From: Christensenellaceae bacterium
GTDB lineage: Bacteria; Bacillota; Clostridia; Christensenellales; Borkfalkiaceae
Assembly (NCBI GenBank): GCA_045536835.1
Contig: JAZSOI010000028.1
Coordinates: 3,172-67,171, forward strand
Direction: 5' to 3'
DNA: 64,000 nucleotides
How positions within the stretch are numbered: the first letter of the stretch is position 1; each line of letters opens with the position of its first letter. Of this stretch, positions 21,956 to 30,328 are shown in pieces. The position numbers and the translations under genes are program-made. The notes under the pieces were generated by a model. It was not told the origin of the DNA. It did no database searches and worked only from the letters and a program-made list of their open reading frames with translations.

Positions 21956-22719
21956 TGTTTATCGACTCTCACGCCCATTTGCAAGACCCTAAAATTCTAT
22001 GTGATTTCGATAGGGTTAGGGCGGACTATCTAAACGCGGGGGTAAAACTCGTTATTGACGTTGGCTGTTCGGTAAAAACTTCAAAGGAAGTTATGCTAAA
22101 CGCCGAAAAATGCGAAGAAGTTTACTTTTCCGCAGGCTCGCACCCCGATAGCGCTGGGGAAATTGACGACAACGCGCTCTCACTCATTAAAACTTACGCA
22201 AAGCACGAAAAGTGCTTGGCAATAGGCGAGATAGGGCTTGACTATTATTACGAAGGGTTTGACCGTGAAGTTCAAAAAACCGCATTTATCAAGCAACTTG
22301 ACTTGGCGGTTGAACTTGAAATGCCGGTTATCGTTCACTCGCGTGACGCTTGGCAAGATACGGTAAATATCTTAAAAGAATACGCGCCAAAACTCAAAAA
22401 AGGCTTTTTGATGCATTGTTATTCGGGGTCTAAAGAGATTGCTGAAATACTACTTAAACTCGGCGCATACTTCTCGTTCGGCGGTGCGCTCACCTTTAAA
22501 AACTCAAAAAAAGCGGAAGTGGTTAAAGCACTTCCGATGGATAGAATATTAGTGGAAACGGACTGTCCGTTTATGGCGCCCGTGCCTTTTAGGGGCAAGG
22601 TAAACGAGCCTAAATACGTACCCGTGGTTTACGAGTTTTTAAGCGGGGTTTACGGCGTAGATTTAAAGTGCGTTGAAACCCAAGTAGAAGAAAATTTTAG
22701 AAGATTTTTCAATATGTAA
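21955..22719 (+). CDS. tatD: TatD family metal-dependent hydrolase
   Basis: DSHAHL, EIGLDYYY, HSR, ETDCPF. Confidence 0.9.
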   Translation: MFIDSHAHLQDPKILCDFDRVRADYLNAGVKLVIDVGCSVKTSKEVMLNAEKCEEVYFSAGSHPDSAGEIDDNALSLIKTYAKHEKCLAIGEIGLDYYYEGFDREVQKTAFIKQLDLAVELEMPVIVHSRDAWQDTVNILKEYAPKLKKGFLMHCYSGSKEIAEILLKLGAYFSFGGALTFKNSKKAEVVKALPMDRILVETDCPFMAPVPFRGKVNEPKYVPVVYEFLSGVYGVDLKCVETQVEENFRRFFNM

Positions 22720-22745
22720 GCCAAACATAGTTTGGCTTTATCTTT
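22720..22745 (+). terminator. Terminator after tatD
   Basis: GCCAAAC-ATA-GTTTGGC followed by TTTATCTTT. Confidence 0.6.
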
Positions 22746-22822
22746 AGTTAGCTTGGAAACAAACCTTTGGAACTTTCCAACGTTATTGCCCGATATAATT
22801 TTGCGCAAGTTTAAGGATTTTT

Positions 22823-23650
22823 ATGAATATTAAAAACGTTTTAAAGGAAAAAAACTTCATATTCAAAAAGTCGCTCGGTCAAAACTTTTTAACGGACGAA
22901 AATTTGCTCGGTAGCGTAGTAGAGCGCTCGGGCGTTACTAAGGATACCACCGTTTTAGAAATAGGCGTTGGTGCTGGGACTCTCACGGCGGAAATAGCAA
23001 AGAGATGTAAAAAAGTTTACGGTTTTGAAGTTGACCAAAATTTAAAACCAGTTCTTGAAAAAACTCTTGGCGAATTTGATAACGCCGAGATAATTTTTAA
23101 AGACGTTATGAAAGTTTCTATGGAAGAGATAGAGAGTATGCTAGGTGGCGAGTATATCCTAGTTGCAAACCTTCCTTATTATATAACTACGCCAATTATT
23201 ATGCGTTTTATTGAAGACGCTAAAAATTGCACGGCAATAGTGATAACTATTCAAAAAGAAGTAGCAGAGAGAATAGTCGCAAAAGAAAAAACCGCCGATT
23301 ACGGCAGTATCACGGTATCAATAAACGCCGTTGCAGACAGCGAGATTATAGAGTATATCGGTAGAGAAAAGTTTTATCCCGCGCCAAACGTCGATTCGGC
23401 GGTGGTCAAGATAACTTTGAACAAAAATAAGTTCAAAATCAACGATTTAACGGCTTTTAGAACGCTTATTAAGAATTCTTTCGCAATGCGAAGAAAAACG
23501 CTCGTTAACAACCTTATGAAAGGCTACGGCTATTCAAGGGAAAAATGCGAGAGTTTATTAAACGATATAGGCGTTTCCGTATCTTCTAGGGGAGAAGAGT
23601 TATCCGTTCAAAAGTTCGTTGAACTTGAAAAAATAATAAGCCAAGCATAA
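22823..23650 (+). CDS. rsmA: 16S rRNA (adenine1518/1519-N6)-dimethyltransferase
   Basis: KSLGQNFL, EIGVGAGTLT, NLPYYITTPI. Confidence 0.92.
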   Translation: MNIKNVLKEKNFIFKKSLGQNFLTDENLLGSVVERSGVTKDTTVLEIGVGAGTLTAEIAKRCKKVYGFEVDQNLKPVLEKTLGEFDNAEIIFKDVMKVSMEEIESMLGGEYILVANLPYYITTPIIMRFIEDAKNCTAIVITIQKEVAERIVAKEKTADYGSITVSINAVADSEIIEYIGREKFYPAPNVDSAVVKITLNKNKFKINDLTAFRTLIKNSFAMRRKTLVNNLMKGYGYSREKCESLLNDIGVSVSSRGEELSVQKFVELEKIISQA

Positions 23651-23669
23651 TTGCTTGGCTTGATTTTTT
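23639..23669. terminator. Hairpin terminator between convergent rsmA and the PRTase gene
   Basis: 9-bp stem AGCCAAGCA/TGCTTGGCT, then TTTTTT. Confidence 0.7.
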
Positions 23670-23695
23670 ATTGTGGTTAAATATTCAACGTAGTA

Positions 23696-24235
23696 TTAAA
23701 GAAGGGGGATTTTTTCAAGATAAACGATATCTTTTCTATCCGCAGCGTCGCCTTCTGCTAAAACGAAGGCTTTTTTATGAATAATACCGCCTGCCTTTTC
23801 AACTATTGCTTCTAAGCCGAGAAGAGATGCACCTGTGGACACAACGTCGTCAACTATACCAACTTTTTTGCCCTTTAAAATATCAACGTCGTGCTTGCTT
23901 AGGTATAAGCGTTGTTCAGTACCAGTCGTGATAGATGCGCCGTACAAAACGTCAATCCCGTCTTGCATATAAAGTTTTTTGCTCTTTCTAGCAACCGCGT
24001 AGTAGGGTTGACCAAGTTCGCGCGCAACAACGTGGCAAAGTTGAAGCCCTTTCGATTCCGCCGTGATTAAAACTTCGCAATCGGAAACGAGTTTAGCAAT
24101 TTCTTTACCGCAATGTTCAGTCATTTCACTATTGCCGTGAAGGTTAAAGAACGCAATGTTGATACCCGACGGTAACGGTAAAATAGGAAGTTCAGCGTCA
24201 TAGCCTTTGATGTTCAATTTTAAAACTTTATCCAT
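23696..24235 (-). CDS. Type I phosphoribosyltransferase (purine/adenine PRT-like)
   Basis: PRPP-binding loop VGIVDDVVSTGAS. Start taken at MDKVLKL after GGAGGA. Confidence 0.7.
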   Translation of the reverse strand: MDKVLKLNIKGYDAELPILPLPSGINIAFFNLHGNSEMTEHCGKEIAKLVSDCEVLITAESKGLQLCHVVARELGQPYYAVARKSKKLYMQDGIDVLYGASITTGTEQRLYLSKHDVDILKGKKVGIVDDVVSTGASLLGLEAIVEKAGGIIHKKAFVLAEGDAADRKDIVYLEKIPLL

Positions 24236-24350
24236 AAGTAAATCCTCCAACCTTAAATATTTTATCATAATAAAATATAAAAGTAAATAGCAAAATGAAT
24301 TTTTAAATCATTTTAACGGCACTTTCATAATAGTTATAAAGTGGTGAATT

Positions 24351-26912
24351 ATGAAAGTACACGATAAAACTATAAATTATCTATTTAGTCAACTAAACTC
24401 ATCTATATCTGGGCTTGACGATAACGGCGTTCAAAGTTCAAAAGTAAAATACGGTGAAAACAAGATAACTAAAGTTAAGCAAAAATCGCTTTTCCGCCGA
24501 ATAATCGACGCACTCTTCGAGCCTATGCTAGTTATTTTAGAAATAGCGATGATTATAACGCTAGGCGTGAACCTCGGCAAGTTTTTAAAGACTGGCGACG
24601 GAGATTTTTACGAGTGCATAGGCATTTTACTTTCCGTTATGATAAGTGTGTTTTTAACCGTTTATATGGAAGGGAAATCGCGAAGAGCGTTTGAACTTTT
24701 AGAGGGACTTCAATCAAACGTCTTCGTAAAAGTTATAAGAAACGGCGAGCAAAAGGCGATTTTAAAGTCGGAATTAGTGGTGGGGGATATAGTAACCGTT
24801 GATGTTGGCGACAAAATCTTTGCCGACGGAAGACTTATATCTTCAAACTCGCTTTCCGTTGACGAGTCAACGCTCACAGGCGAGAGTTTGCCGTCTCAAA
24901 AAAACGCAGACGTAATTCTCAACCCAAACACACCGCTTGCCGAGCGCAAAAACACGGTGTATAGCGGAACATTCGTGTCTTCTGGTAGTGGAAGATATAT
25001 CGTAACCGCCGTTGGCGACAACGCTGAAATGGGAACTATCGCTAGCGACTTGCAAAACTCTAAAAGCGTTTCCGCGCCCTTGCAAGAAAAACTAGACAGG
25101 CTTTCTAAAACGGTTACTTGGTTTGGCGTGTTATCCGCCGTATTCGTGCTAATTTTAACGACTATTAGGCTGTTTTTAAGTAATAGCGTAACTTTTAACT
25201 CTTTGCAAGAAGCCTTTTTAAGCGCAATAGTTTTAATCGTTGCGTCCGTTCCCGAAGGGCTACCAACCACGGTAGCAATAGCACTTACTCTAAACGTTGT
25301 AAAACTTTCAAAATCAAACGCGCTAATTAAAAAACTGGTGGCTACTGAAACGGTTGGTTGCGTAAGCGTTATTTGTTCGGATAAAACTGGAACTTTAACC
25401 GAAAACAAGATGAAAGTTTTAAAAACCGTTTCGTATAGCGGAAGCGAGAGTGAAATTCTTATAAATTCCGCAGTTAACTCAACGGCGTTTTTGCAAAGTG
25501 GAAAAAATAGCGGTGTAGGTAGTCCAACGGAACTTGCGTTACTCGAATATATTCAAAAGCGCAAAAAAGACTATAAAGAGATAAGGGGTAGCCGTACTAT
25601 ACTAGACGTAAAGCCCTTTTCGTCGGACCTAAAATATATGCAAACAACCGTTAGTGACGGAAGTAACGTAACCACCTATATAAAGGGTGCGCCCGAAAAG
25701 ATAATAAACTTTTCAGTAATGGCGGAAGATAAAAAACTTTTAGAACTTGAAAAGATAAAATCTTTTCAGTTAGACGGGAAAAGGGTTATAGCGTTTGCGC
25801 ATAAGAGTGAAGACGTTTTCGTTTACGACGGGTTTTCCGTTATAGCCGACCCTGTTAGAGCGGACGTTAAGCGTGCGGTTGAAGACTGTAAAAGGGCAAG
25901 AATTTCCGTTAAAATGCTAACTGGCGACAATATCGAAACGGCGTTTTCAATCGCTAGGGAGTTAGGGCTTGCAAAGGATAGAAAAAGCGTGGTTAACGCA
26001 AGTGAACTCGAAGGGCTTAGCGATGAAAAGTTAAAGTCTATTTTAAGCGACATAACGGTGGTTGCTAGAAGTACGCCAAAAACTAAACTTAAAATCGTAA
26101 CCGCGCTTAAAGAAATGGGCGAAGTGGTGGCGGTTACCGGTGACGGCGTTAACGACGCCCCCGCCATTAAACACGCCGACATCGGCATTTCTATGGGCGA
26201 CGGCTCGGAAATTACCAAGGAAGCAAGCGATATAATCTTGTTAGATAACTCGTTTTCAACGATAGTAAAGGCAATATCCTTTGGGCGAAACGTTTATAGA
26301 AACTTTCAACGTTTTATAATGTTTCAGTTATCCGTAAACTTTTCCGCTGTATTTTTTATCGTTTTATCGCTAATTTTAGGGATAGAACATCCTTTTACCA
26401 CCGTTCAACTTCTATGGATAAACATTATAATGGACGGACCGCCCGCGCTTACTTTGGGGCTTGAAACGAGAGACGACGGCTATATGTCTAATTCCCCAGT
26501 AAAGCGAAGCGATAACCTAGTTACTTTAAAGATGTTTTTTAGAATTATACTTCACGCGGTGTTTATTTGCGCGGTGCTTATAATTCAGGCAAAAACCGAC
26601 TTTTTAAGAGTGGGTAGTTACGCTATGAACACGGTACTTTTTTCGCTGTTTATACTCTTTCAGTTATTCAACGCCTTTAACGCAAGGGAACTTGGAAGCG
26701 TCAGCGTGTTTAAGGATTTAAAGAGCAACAAGCCTATGCTAATAGTGTTTTTCGTAACTTTTATAATGCAGATACTGTTTACTCAAGCGTTTGGAAAGTT
26801 TTTCGGCACGGTTGCGTTGCCGTTAGTGGTGTGGCTTAAAATGATAGCGGTGGCGTTCAGTATTATCGTACTTTCTGAAATTTATAAATTTATTAAGCGA
26901 AGTTTTAATTAA
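24351..26912 (+). CDS. P2-type cation (Ca2+-like) transporting ATPase
   Basis: TGES, PEGLP (TM4), DKTGTLT, TGDGVNDAP. About 10 TM segments. Confidence 0.85.
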   Translation: MKVHDKTINYLFSQLNSSISGLDDNGVQSSKVKYGENKITKVKQKSLFRRIIDALFEPMLVILEIAMIITLGVNLGKFLKTGDGDFYECIGILLSVMISVFLTVYMEGKSRRAFELLEGLQSNVFVKVIRNGEQKAILKSELVVGDIVTVDVGDKIFADGRLISSNSLSVDESTLTGESLPSQKNADVILNPNTPLAERKNTVYSGTFVSSGSGRYIVTAVGDNAEMGTIASDLQNSKSVSAPLQEKLDRLSKTVTWFGVLSAVFVLILTTIRLFLSNSVTFNSLQEAFLSAIVLIVASVPEGLPTTVAIALTLNVVKLSKSNALIKKLVATETVGCVSVICSDKTGTLTENKMKVLKTVSYSGSESEILINSAVNSTAFLQSGKNSGVGSPTELALLEYIQKRKKDYKEIRGSRTILDVKPFSSDLKYMQTTVSDGSNVTTYIKGAPEKIINFSVMAEDKKLLELEKIKSFQLDGKRVIAFAHKSEDVFVYDGFSVIADPVRADVKRAVEDCKRARISVKMLTGDNIETAFSIARELGLAKDRKSVVNASELEGLSDEKLKSILSDITVVARSTPKTKLKIVTALKEMGEVVAVTGDGVNDAPAIKHADIGISMGDGSEITKEASDIILLDNSFSTIVKAISFGRNVYRNFQRFIMFQLSVNFSAVFFIVLSLILGIEHPFTTVQLLWINIIMDGPPALTLGLETRDDGYMSNSPVKRSDNLVTLKMFFRIILHAVFICAVLIIQAKTDFLRVGSYAMNTVLFSLFILFQLFNAFNARELGSVSVFKDLKSNKPMLIVFFVTFIMQILFTQAFGKFFGTVALPLVVWLKMIAVAFSIIVLSEIYKFIKRSFN

Positions 26913-26923
26913 AATAAAAAATA

Positions 26924-27676
26924 ATGCATAGACTTAAGAGTATGAGTCAAATAAAAATTACCGATAGCGCTAAAAACGGCAATAACGTAAACTATATAAG
27001 GGAAACGCTTTCCGCAGTTAATAAACAACTGGGTTGTTTAGTTGACGTTCGCGGTGGAAAAAATAGATACGAACTAGTTATTGACGTTCCGTCGTCTTAT
27101 CGCGACTTAGTAGTTAGCGAAGCGGAAGATAAGATGGCGGACGTAATTTCGATAAATTATAAGTACACTTTTTTCAAAAGGAATATAAACCTATCAAATT
27201 TAAAACCTGTTGAGAGCGAACTGTTGCTAACTTCGCTCATCGCCGCGGATATTGAAGAAGACAAGAGATACGTCGTTAAAAAACTAAAAAGTTTTAACGA
27301 GTATGCCCTTGACGGAATTTTCAATTTCAGGATGAAACCGCTAAAAGAAAAGTGGCTAGATATTTTAAGTTACGTTCCCGAAAGTTTTCAGTCAAGCCAA
27401 CTTAAAGATTTTATCGTATATCTTATAAAGGATAAGGGTGGAAAGAGAGTGTATTTCGACGAGGGTTGCGTTTACGATAAGCGTTACAACCTATTAAAGC
27501 GAAGAGAACTACTCTCTGGCGATAGTGGGGAAATATCCATCGTTAAAGAGATACTTTTATCGGGCGCTGGCGAAGTTGAACTCGCGTCCAAACTTCCTAA
27601 AACGGACGAAGATTATATAAAACAACTCTACGGCGATAGAGTTCGCTTTTCAAACTCATACTTTTCGCAAAATTAG
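26924..27676 (+). CDS. YtxC-like sporulation-associated protein
   Basis: 250 aa with no enzymatic motifs. Lies immediately upstream of the thrS leader, as ytxC does in Bacilli. The call rests mainly on synteny. Confidence 0.45.
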   Translation: MHRLKSMSQIKITDSAKNGNNVNYIRETLSAVNKQLGCLVDVRGGKNRYELVIDVPSSYRDLVVSEAEDKMADVISINYKYTFFKRNINLSNLKPVESELLLTSLIAADIEEDKRYVVKKLKSFNEYALDGIFNFRMKPLKEKWLDILSYVPESFQSSQLKDFIVYLIKDKGGKRVYFDEGCVYDKRYNLLKRRELLSGDSGEISIVKEILLSGAGEVELASKLPKTDEDYIKQLYGDRVRFSNSYFSQN

Positions 27677-27705
27677 TTGACAAAAATTTTTTGTGGTTAT
27701 ATAAT
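27677..27705 (+). promoter_or_regulatory. Sigma-A-type promoter of the thrS leader
   Basis: TTGACA (27677-27682), 17-nt spacer, TATAAT (27700-27705). Confidence 0.65.
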
Positions 27706-27714
27706 TAGAACACA

Positions 27715-27926
27715 ATTAAAGATTAGGTTGGGATAAGTAGCCCCGTCGAGCGTTCAAAGAGAGTTGCTAACGGCTGAAAGGCAATAACGCAGAACGGCAA
27801 GTGAAACCACCCGCAAAAACCTGAGTTTAGCGAACTTATCGCAATTAAAGTGGTCGATATTTTATCGGCAATTAAGGTGGAACCGCGTTTACGAACGTCC
27901 TTAGACAAAGTCTAAGGGCGTTTTTT
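27715..27926 (+). promoter_or_regulatory. T-box leader, threonine-specific
   Basis: AGAGAG motif at 27758. Specifier loop GAA-ACC-A (ACC at 27806-27808). T-box core AATTAAGGTGGAACCGCG at 27870-27887. 11-bp terminator at 27896-27920 plus TTTTTT. Confidence 0.85.
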
Positions 27927-27929
27927 AAT

Positions 27930-28063
27930 CCGTTATAAACGGCGCACAAGTGCGTTAACTGCCGTCAACTCTTGACCGCAATGACCAAAAAGGTCTATTG
28001 CGCCCAATGAGATTGCCGTCGAGCCTTCTTGTGCTTGTTTCTAACGTCTTAAAAGTTTTATAC
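27930..28063 (+). repeat. Unclassified ~130-nt structured element, copy 1 (paralogous to 33007-33136)
   Basis: Shares with copy 2 the 5' end CCGTTATAAAC, a central bulged hairpin (27977-28002), flanking GCCGT motifs, and the 3' block GAGCCTT..GCTTGTTTCTAACGTCTTAA. Confidence 0.6.
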
Positions 28064-28073
28064 AAACAAAAAT

Positions 28074-28173
28074 CAATAACGTAAAACCATAGTTTTGCAT
28101 ATAACGCGAACGACGGTTCGCATATAACGTTGCAGTAGCAACATATAACGAAAAACAAAGTTTTTCGTATAAC
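28074..28173 (+). repeat. Array of 4 hairpins separated by (C/A/G)(A/T)ATAAC linkers in the thrS 5' UTR
   Basis: Linkers at 28074, 28099, 28122, 28143 and 28167. Hairpins at 28081-28098, 28106-28121, 28129-28142 and 28150-28166. Every hairpin is closed by a G-C pair. Confidence 0.6.
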
Positions 28174-28204
28174 TATTTACAAACGAAAGCATAAGGAGAG
28201 TATT

Positions 28205-30142
28205 ATGAAAGTTTATTTACCCGATGAAAGCGTTCTTGAAGTAGTTGACGGCGCTAGCGTTTACGACGTTGCGCTTAAAATCAGCGAAGGCTTAGCAAGA
28301 AACGCAGTAGCAGGCAAGGTTAACGGCGTTGCCGTTGATTTATCTTGTAAAGTAGCAGAAGGCGACAAGGTTGCCATTTTAACCCTTCGTGACGAAGAGG
28401 GTTTAGACGTTTATCGTCACACTTGTTCGCACGTTTTAGCACAAGCGGTGAAGAGTATTTACCCAACTTGCAACTTAGCTATCGGTCCAACTACTGCAAC
28501 GGGTTTTTATTACGATATCGATTTCAAAACGCCTATAACCTTAGAAGACCTTTCTAAGATTGAAGACGAGATGAAAAAGATTATCAAAAGCGATTTGCCT
28601 ATCGAAAGGTTTACTCTTCCGAGAAACGACGCTATTAAACTTATGAAAAAGTATAGTGAACCTTATAAGGTTCAACTTATTGAAGATTTACCCGAAGGCG
28701 AAGAAATTTCCTTCTACAAGCAAGGCGCGTTTACCGACCTTTGCCGTGGACCGCACCTTCCGTCAACTGGTAAAATCAAGGCGTTTAAGTTAACTGCACT
28801 CAACGGCTCGTACTGGCGTGGCGACAGCAAGAACAAAATGCTTGCGCGCATTTACGGTACTGCTTTTGAAAAGAAGAGTCAACTTGACGAATACCTTGAA
28901 AAACTCGAACAAGCAAAACTTCGCGACCACAATAAACTCGGTAGAGAACTCGGTTACTTTACGACCGTTGACACGCTTGGCCAAGGTCTTCCCGTCCTTT
29001 TAGAAAAGGGCTCTAAAACTATCCAAGTTTTACAGCGTTTCGTTGAAGACGAAGAGATGAAAAGGGGTTATATTTTAACAAAAACTCCCTTAATGGCAAA
29101 GAGTGATTTCTACAAGATTTCAGGTCACTGGGATCACTACAAAGAAGGCATGTTCGTTATAGGCGATGAAGAAAAAGATAAAGAAGTTTTCGCGCTCCGC
29201 CCGATGACTTGCCCCTTCCAGTTCCAAGTTTACCTTAATAAACCCAGAAGTTATCGTGATTTACCCATGCGTTTTGGCGAAACTTCAACTCTTTTTAGAA
29301 ACGAAGATAGCGGTGAAATGCACGGCCTTATAAGAGTTAGACAATTCACCATTTCCGAAGGCCACTTAGCGTGCACGCCCGAACAACTTGAACAGGAGTT
29401 CAAAGGTTGCGTAGACCTTATGCACTATATGATGAAGGCAATCGGTCTTGACGACGAAGTTTCTTATAGATTTTCTAAATGGGATAAAAACAATAAGGAA
29501 AAATACATCGGTTCTGAAGAAGAATGGGAAAAAGTTCAAGGTCAAATGAAAACCATTTTAGATAACCTTGGCATTGAATATACCGAAGCCGACGGTGAAG
29601 CGGCGTTCTACGGCCCGAAACTCGACGTTCAAATTAAAAACGTTTACGGTAAAGAAGACACGCTCGTTACTATTCAAATCGACTTCCAACTTGCAAAGCG
29701 CTTTGAGATGGTTTACACCGATAGTGACGGCGAAAAGAAATACCCCTACGTTATCCACAGAACGAGCCTTGGCTGTTACGAAAGAACGCTTGCGCTCGTG
29801 CTTGAAAAGTACGCTGGCGCACTTCCGCTTTGGATGGCACCCGTTCAAGCAAGCATACTCTCTATGACTGATAGAAGTGAAGAGTACTGCCGTAAACTTT
29901 GGAGTGAACTCTTAGAAGCGGGTATCCGTCCGTCGCTCGACCTTCGTAGCGAAAAGATGGGTAGAAAGATAAGAGACGCGCAACTTGACAAAGTTCCGTA
30001 TATGCTTATCGTTGGAGATAAGGAAATTGAAACTGGCACGGTTGCGGTTAGAGATAGAAAACTTGGCGATATCGGCGTTATGAGCGTTGAAGATTTCATT
30101 AGTCGCGTAAAAGCCGAAGTAAAATCTTTAAAACTCGACTAA
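28205..30142 (+). CDS. thrS: Threonine--tRNA ligase
   Basis: TGS domain, editing-domain HxxxH/CxxxH region, class II motifs. RBS AAGGAGAG. Confidence 0.97.
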   Translation: MKVYLPDESVLEVVDGASVYDVALKISEGLARNAVAGKVNGVAVDLSCKVAEGDKVAILTLRDEEGLDVYRHTCSHVLAQAVKSIYPTCNLAIGPTTATGFYYDIDFKTPITLEDLSKIEDEMKKIIKSDLPIERFTLPRNDAIKLMKKYSEPYKVQLIEDLPEGEEISFYKQGAFTDLCRGPHLPSTGKIKAFKLTALNGSYWRGDSKNKMLARIYGTAFEKKSQLDEYLEKLEQAKLRDHNKLGRELGYFTTVDTLGQGLPVLLEKGSKTIQVLQRFVEDEEMKRGYILTKTPLMAKSDFYKISGHWDHYKEGMFVIGDEEKDKEVFALRPMTCPFQFQVYLNKPRSYRDLPMRFGETSTLFRNEDSGEMHGLIRVRQFTISEGHLACTPEQLEQEFKGCVDLMHYMMKAIGLDDEVSYRFSKWDKNNKEKYIGSEEEWEKVQGQMKTILDNLGIEYTEADGEAAFYGPKLDVQIKNVYGKEDTLVTIQIDFQLAKRFEMVYTDSDGEKKYPYVIHRTSLGCYERTLALVLEKYAGALPLWMAPVQASILSMTDRSEEYCRKLWSELLEAGIRPSLDLRSEKMGRKIRDAQLDKVPYMLIVGDKEIETGTVAVRDRKLGDIGVMSVEDFISRVKAEVKSLKLD

Positions 30143-30159
30143 AAACGACGTAAAATCGT

Positions 30160-30188
30160 TTGACAAACGCAAAAAGAAGTGGTAATAT
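30160..30188 (+). promoter_or_regulatory. Sigma-A-type promoter of the infC operon
   Basis: TTGACA (30160-30165), 17-nt spacer, TAATAT (30183-30188). Confidence 0.55.
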
Positions 30189-30189
30189 A

Positions 30190-30314
30190 TTCTCGACAAG
30201 CAGAAGTTACCCCTTCTCGCCGGCAACAATTAGGTTCGCTAGGCTATGATAGATTTAATTGCCTAAATGGGCATTTTAATGACGGGTTACTTTTGTAATC
30301 CGTCAATTTTTTTT
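30190..30314 (+). promoter_or_regulatory. Ribosomal protein L20-type leader/attenuator upstream of infC-rpmI-rplT
   Basis: Structured ~120-nt leader ending in a 10-bp terminator (30281-30304, one G.U) plus T8, directly before the infC RBS. The position matches the Firmicute L20 leader. Sequence identity to that family was not verified. Confidence 0.55.
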
Positions 30315-30328
30315 AAGGAAGGTACACG

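Noticed and set aside
24896-25408. Long antisense ORFs inside well-supported genes (e.g. 24896-25408, 748-1182, 17645-18040, 25823-26218, 32528-32917, 57763-58221, 44661-45005)
   Set aside because: Each lies wholly within a gene that has strong family motifs on the opposite strand. Their composition is Ser/Thr/Leu/Phe-rich, as expected from reverse-frame translation.
27981-28010. 9-codon ORF (MTKKVYCAQ) starting at the ATG inside the copy-1 central hairpin
   Set aside because: It stops after 9 codons, whereas the homologous ATG in copy 2 opens a 29-codon frame. The frames are therefore not conserved from this start, and there is no RBS.
27723-28158. Minus-strand track ORFs 27723-27908 (61 aa) and 27955-28158 (67 aa) across the thrS leader
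   Set aside because: They overlap the T-box, the repeat element and the hairpin array on the antisense strand. They have no RBS. The second copy of the repeat (33007-33136) has no equivalent ORF in the track. The sequence is better explained as structured leader RNA.
28074-28173. Hairpin/linker array considered as a degenerate CRISPR array
   Set aside because: The conserved unit is only 7-9 nt. The variable parts are 12-17 nt perfect palindromes rather than spacers. There are no cas genes, and the array sits inside an mRNA leader.
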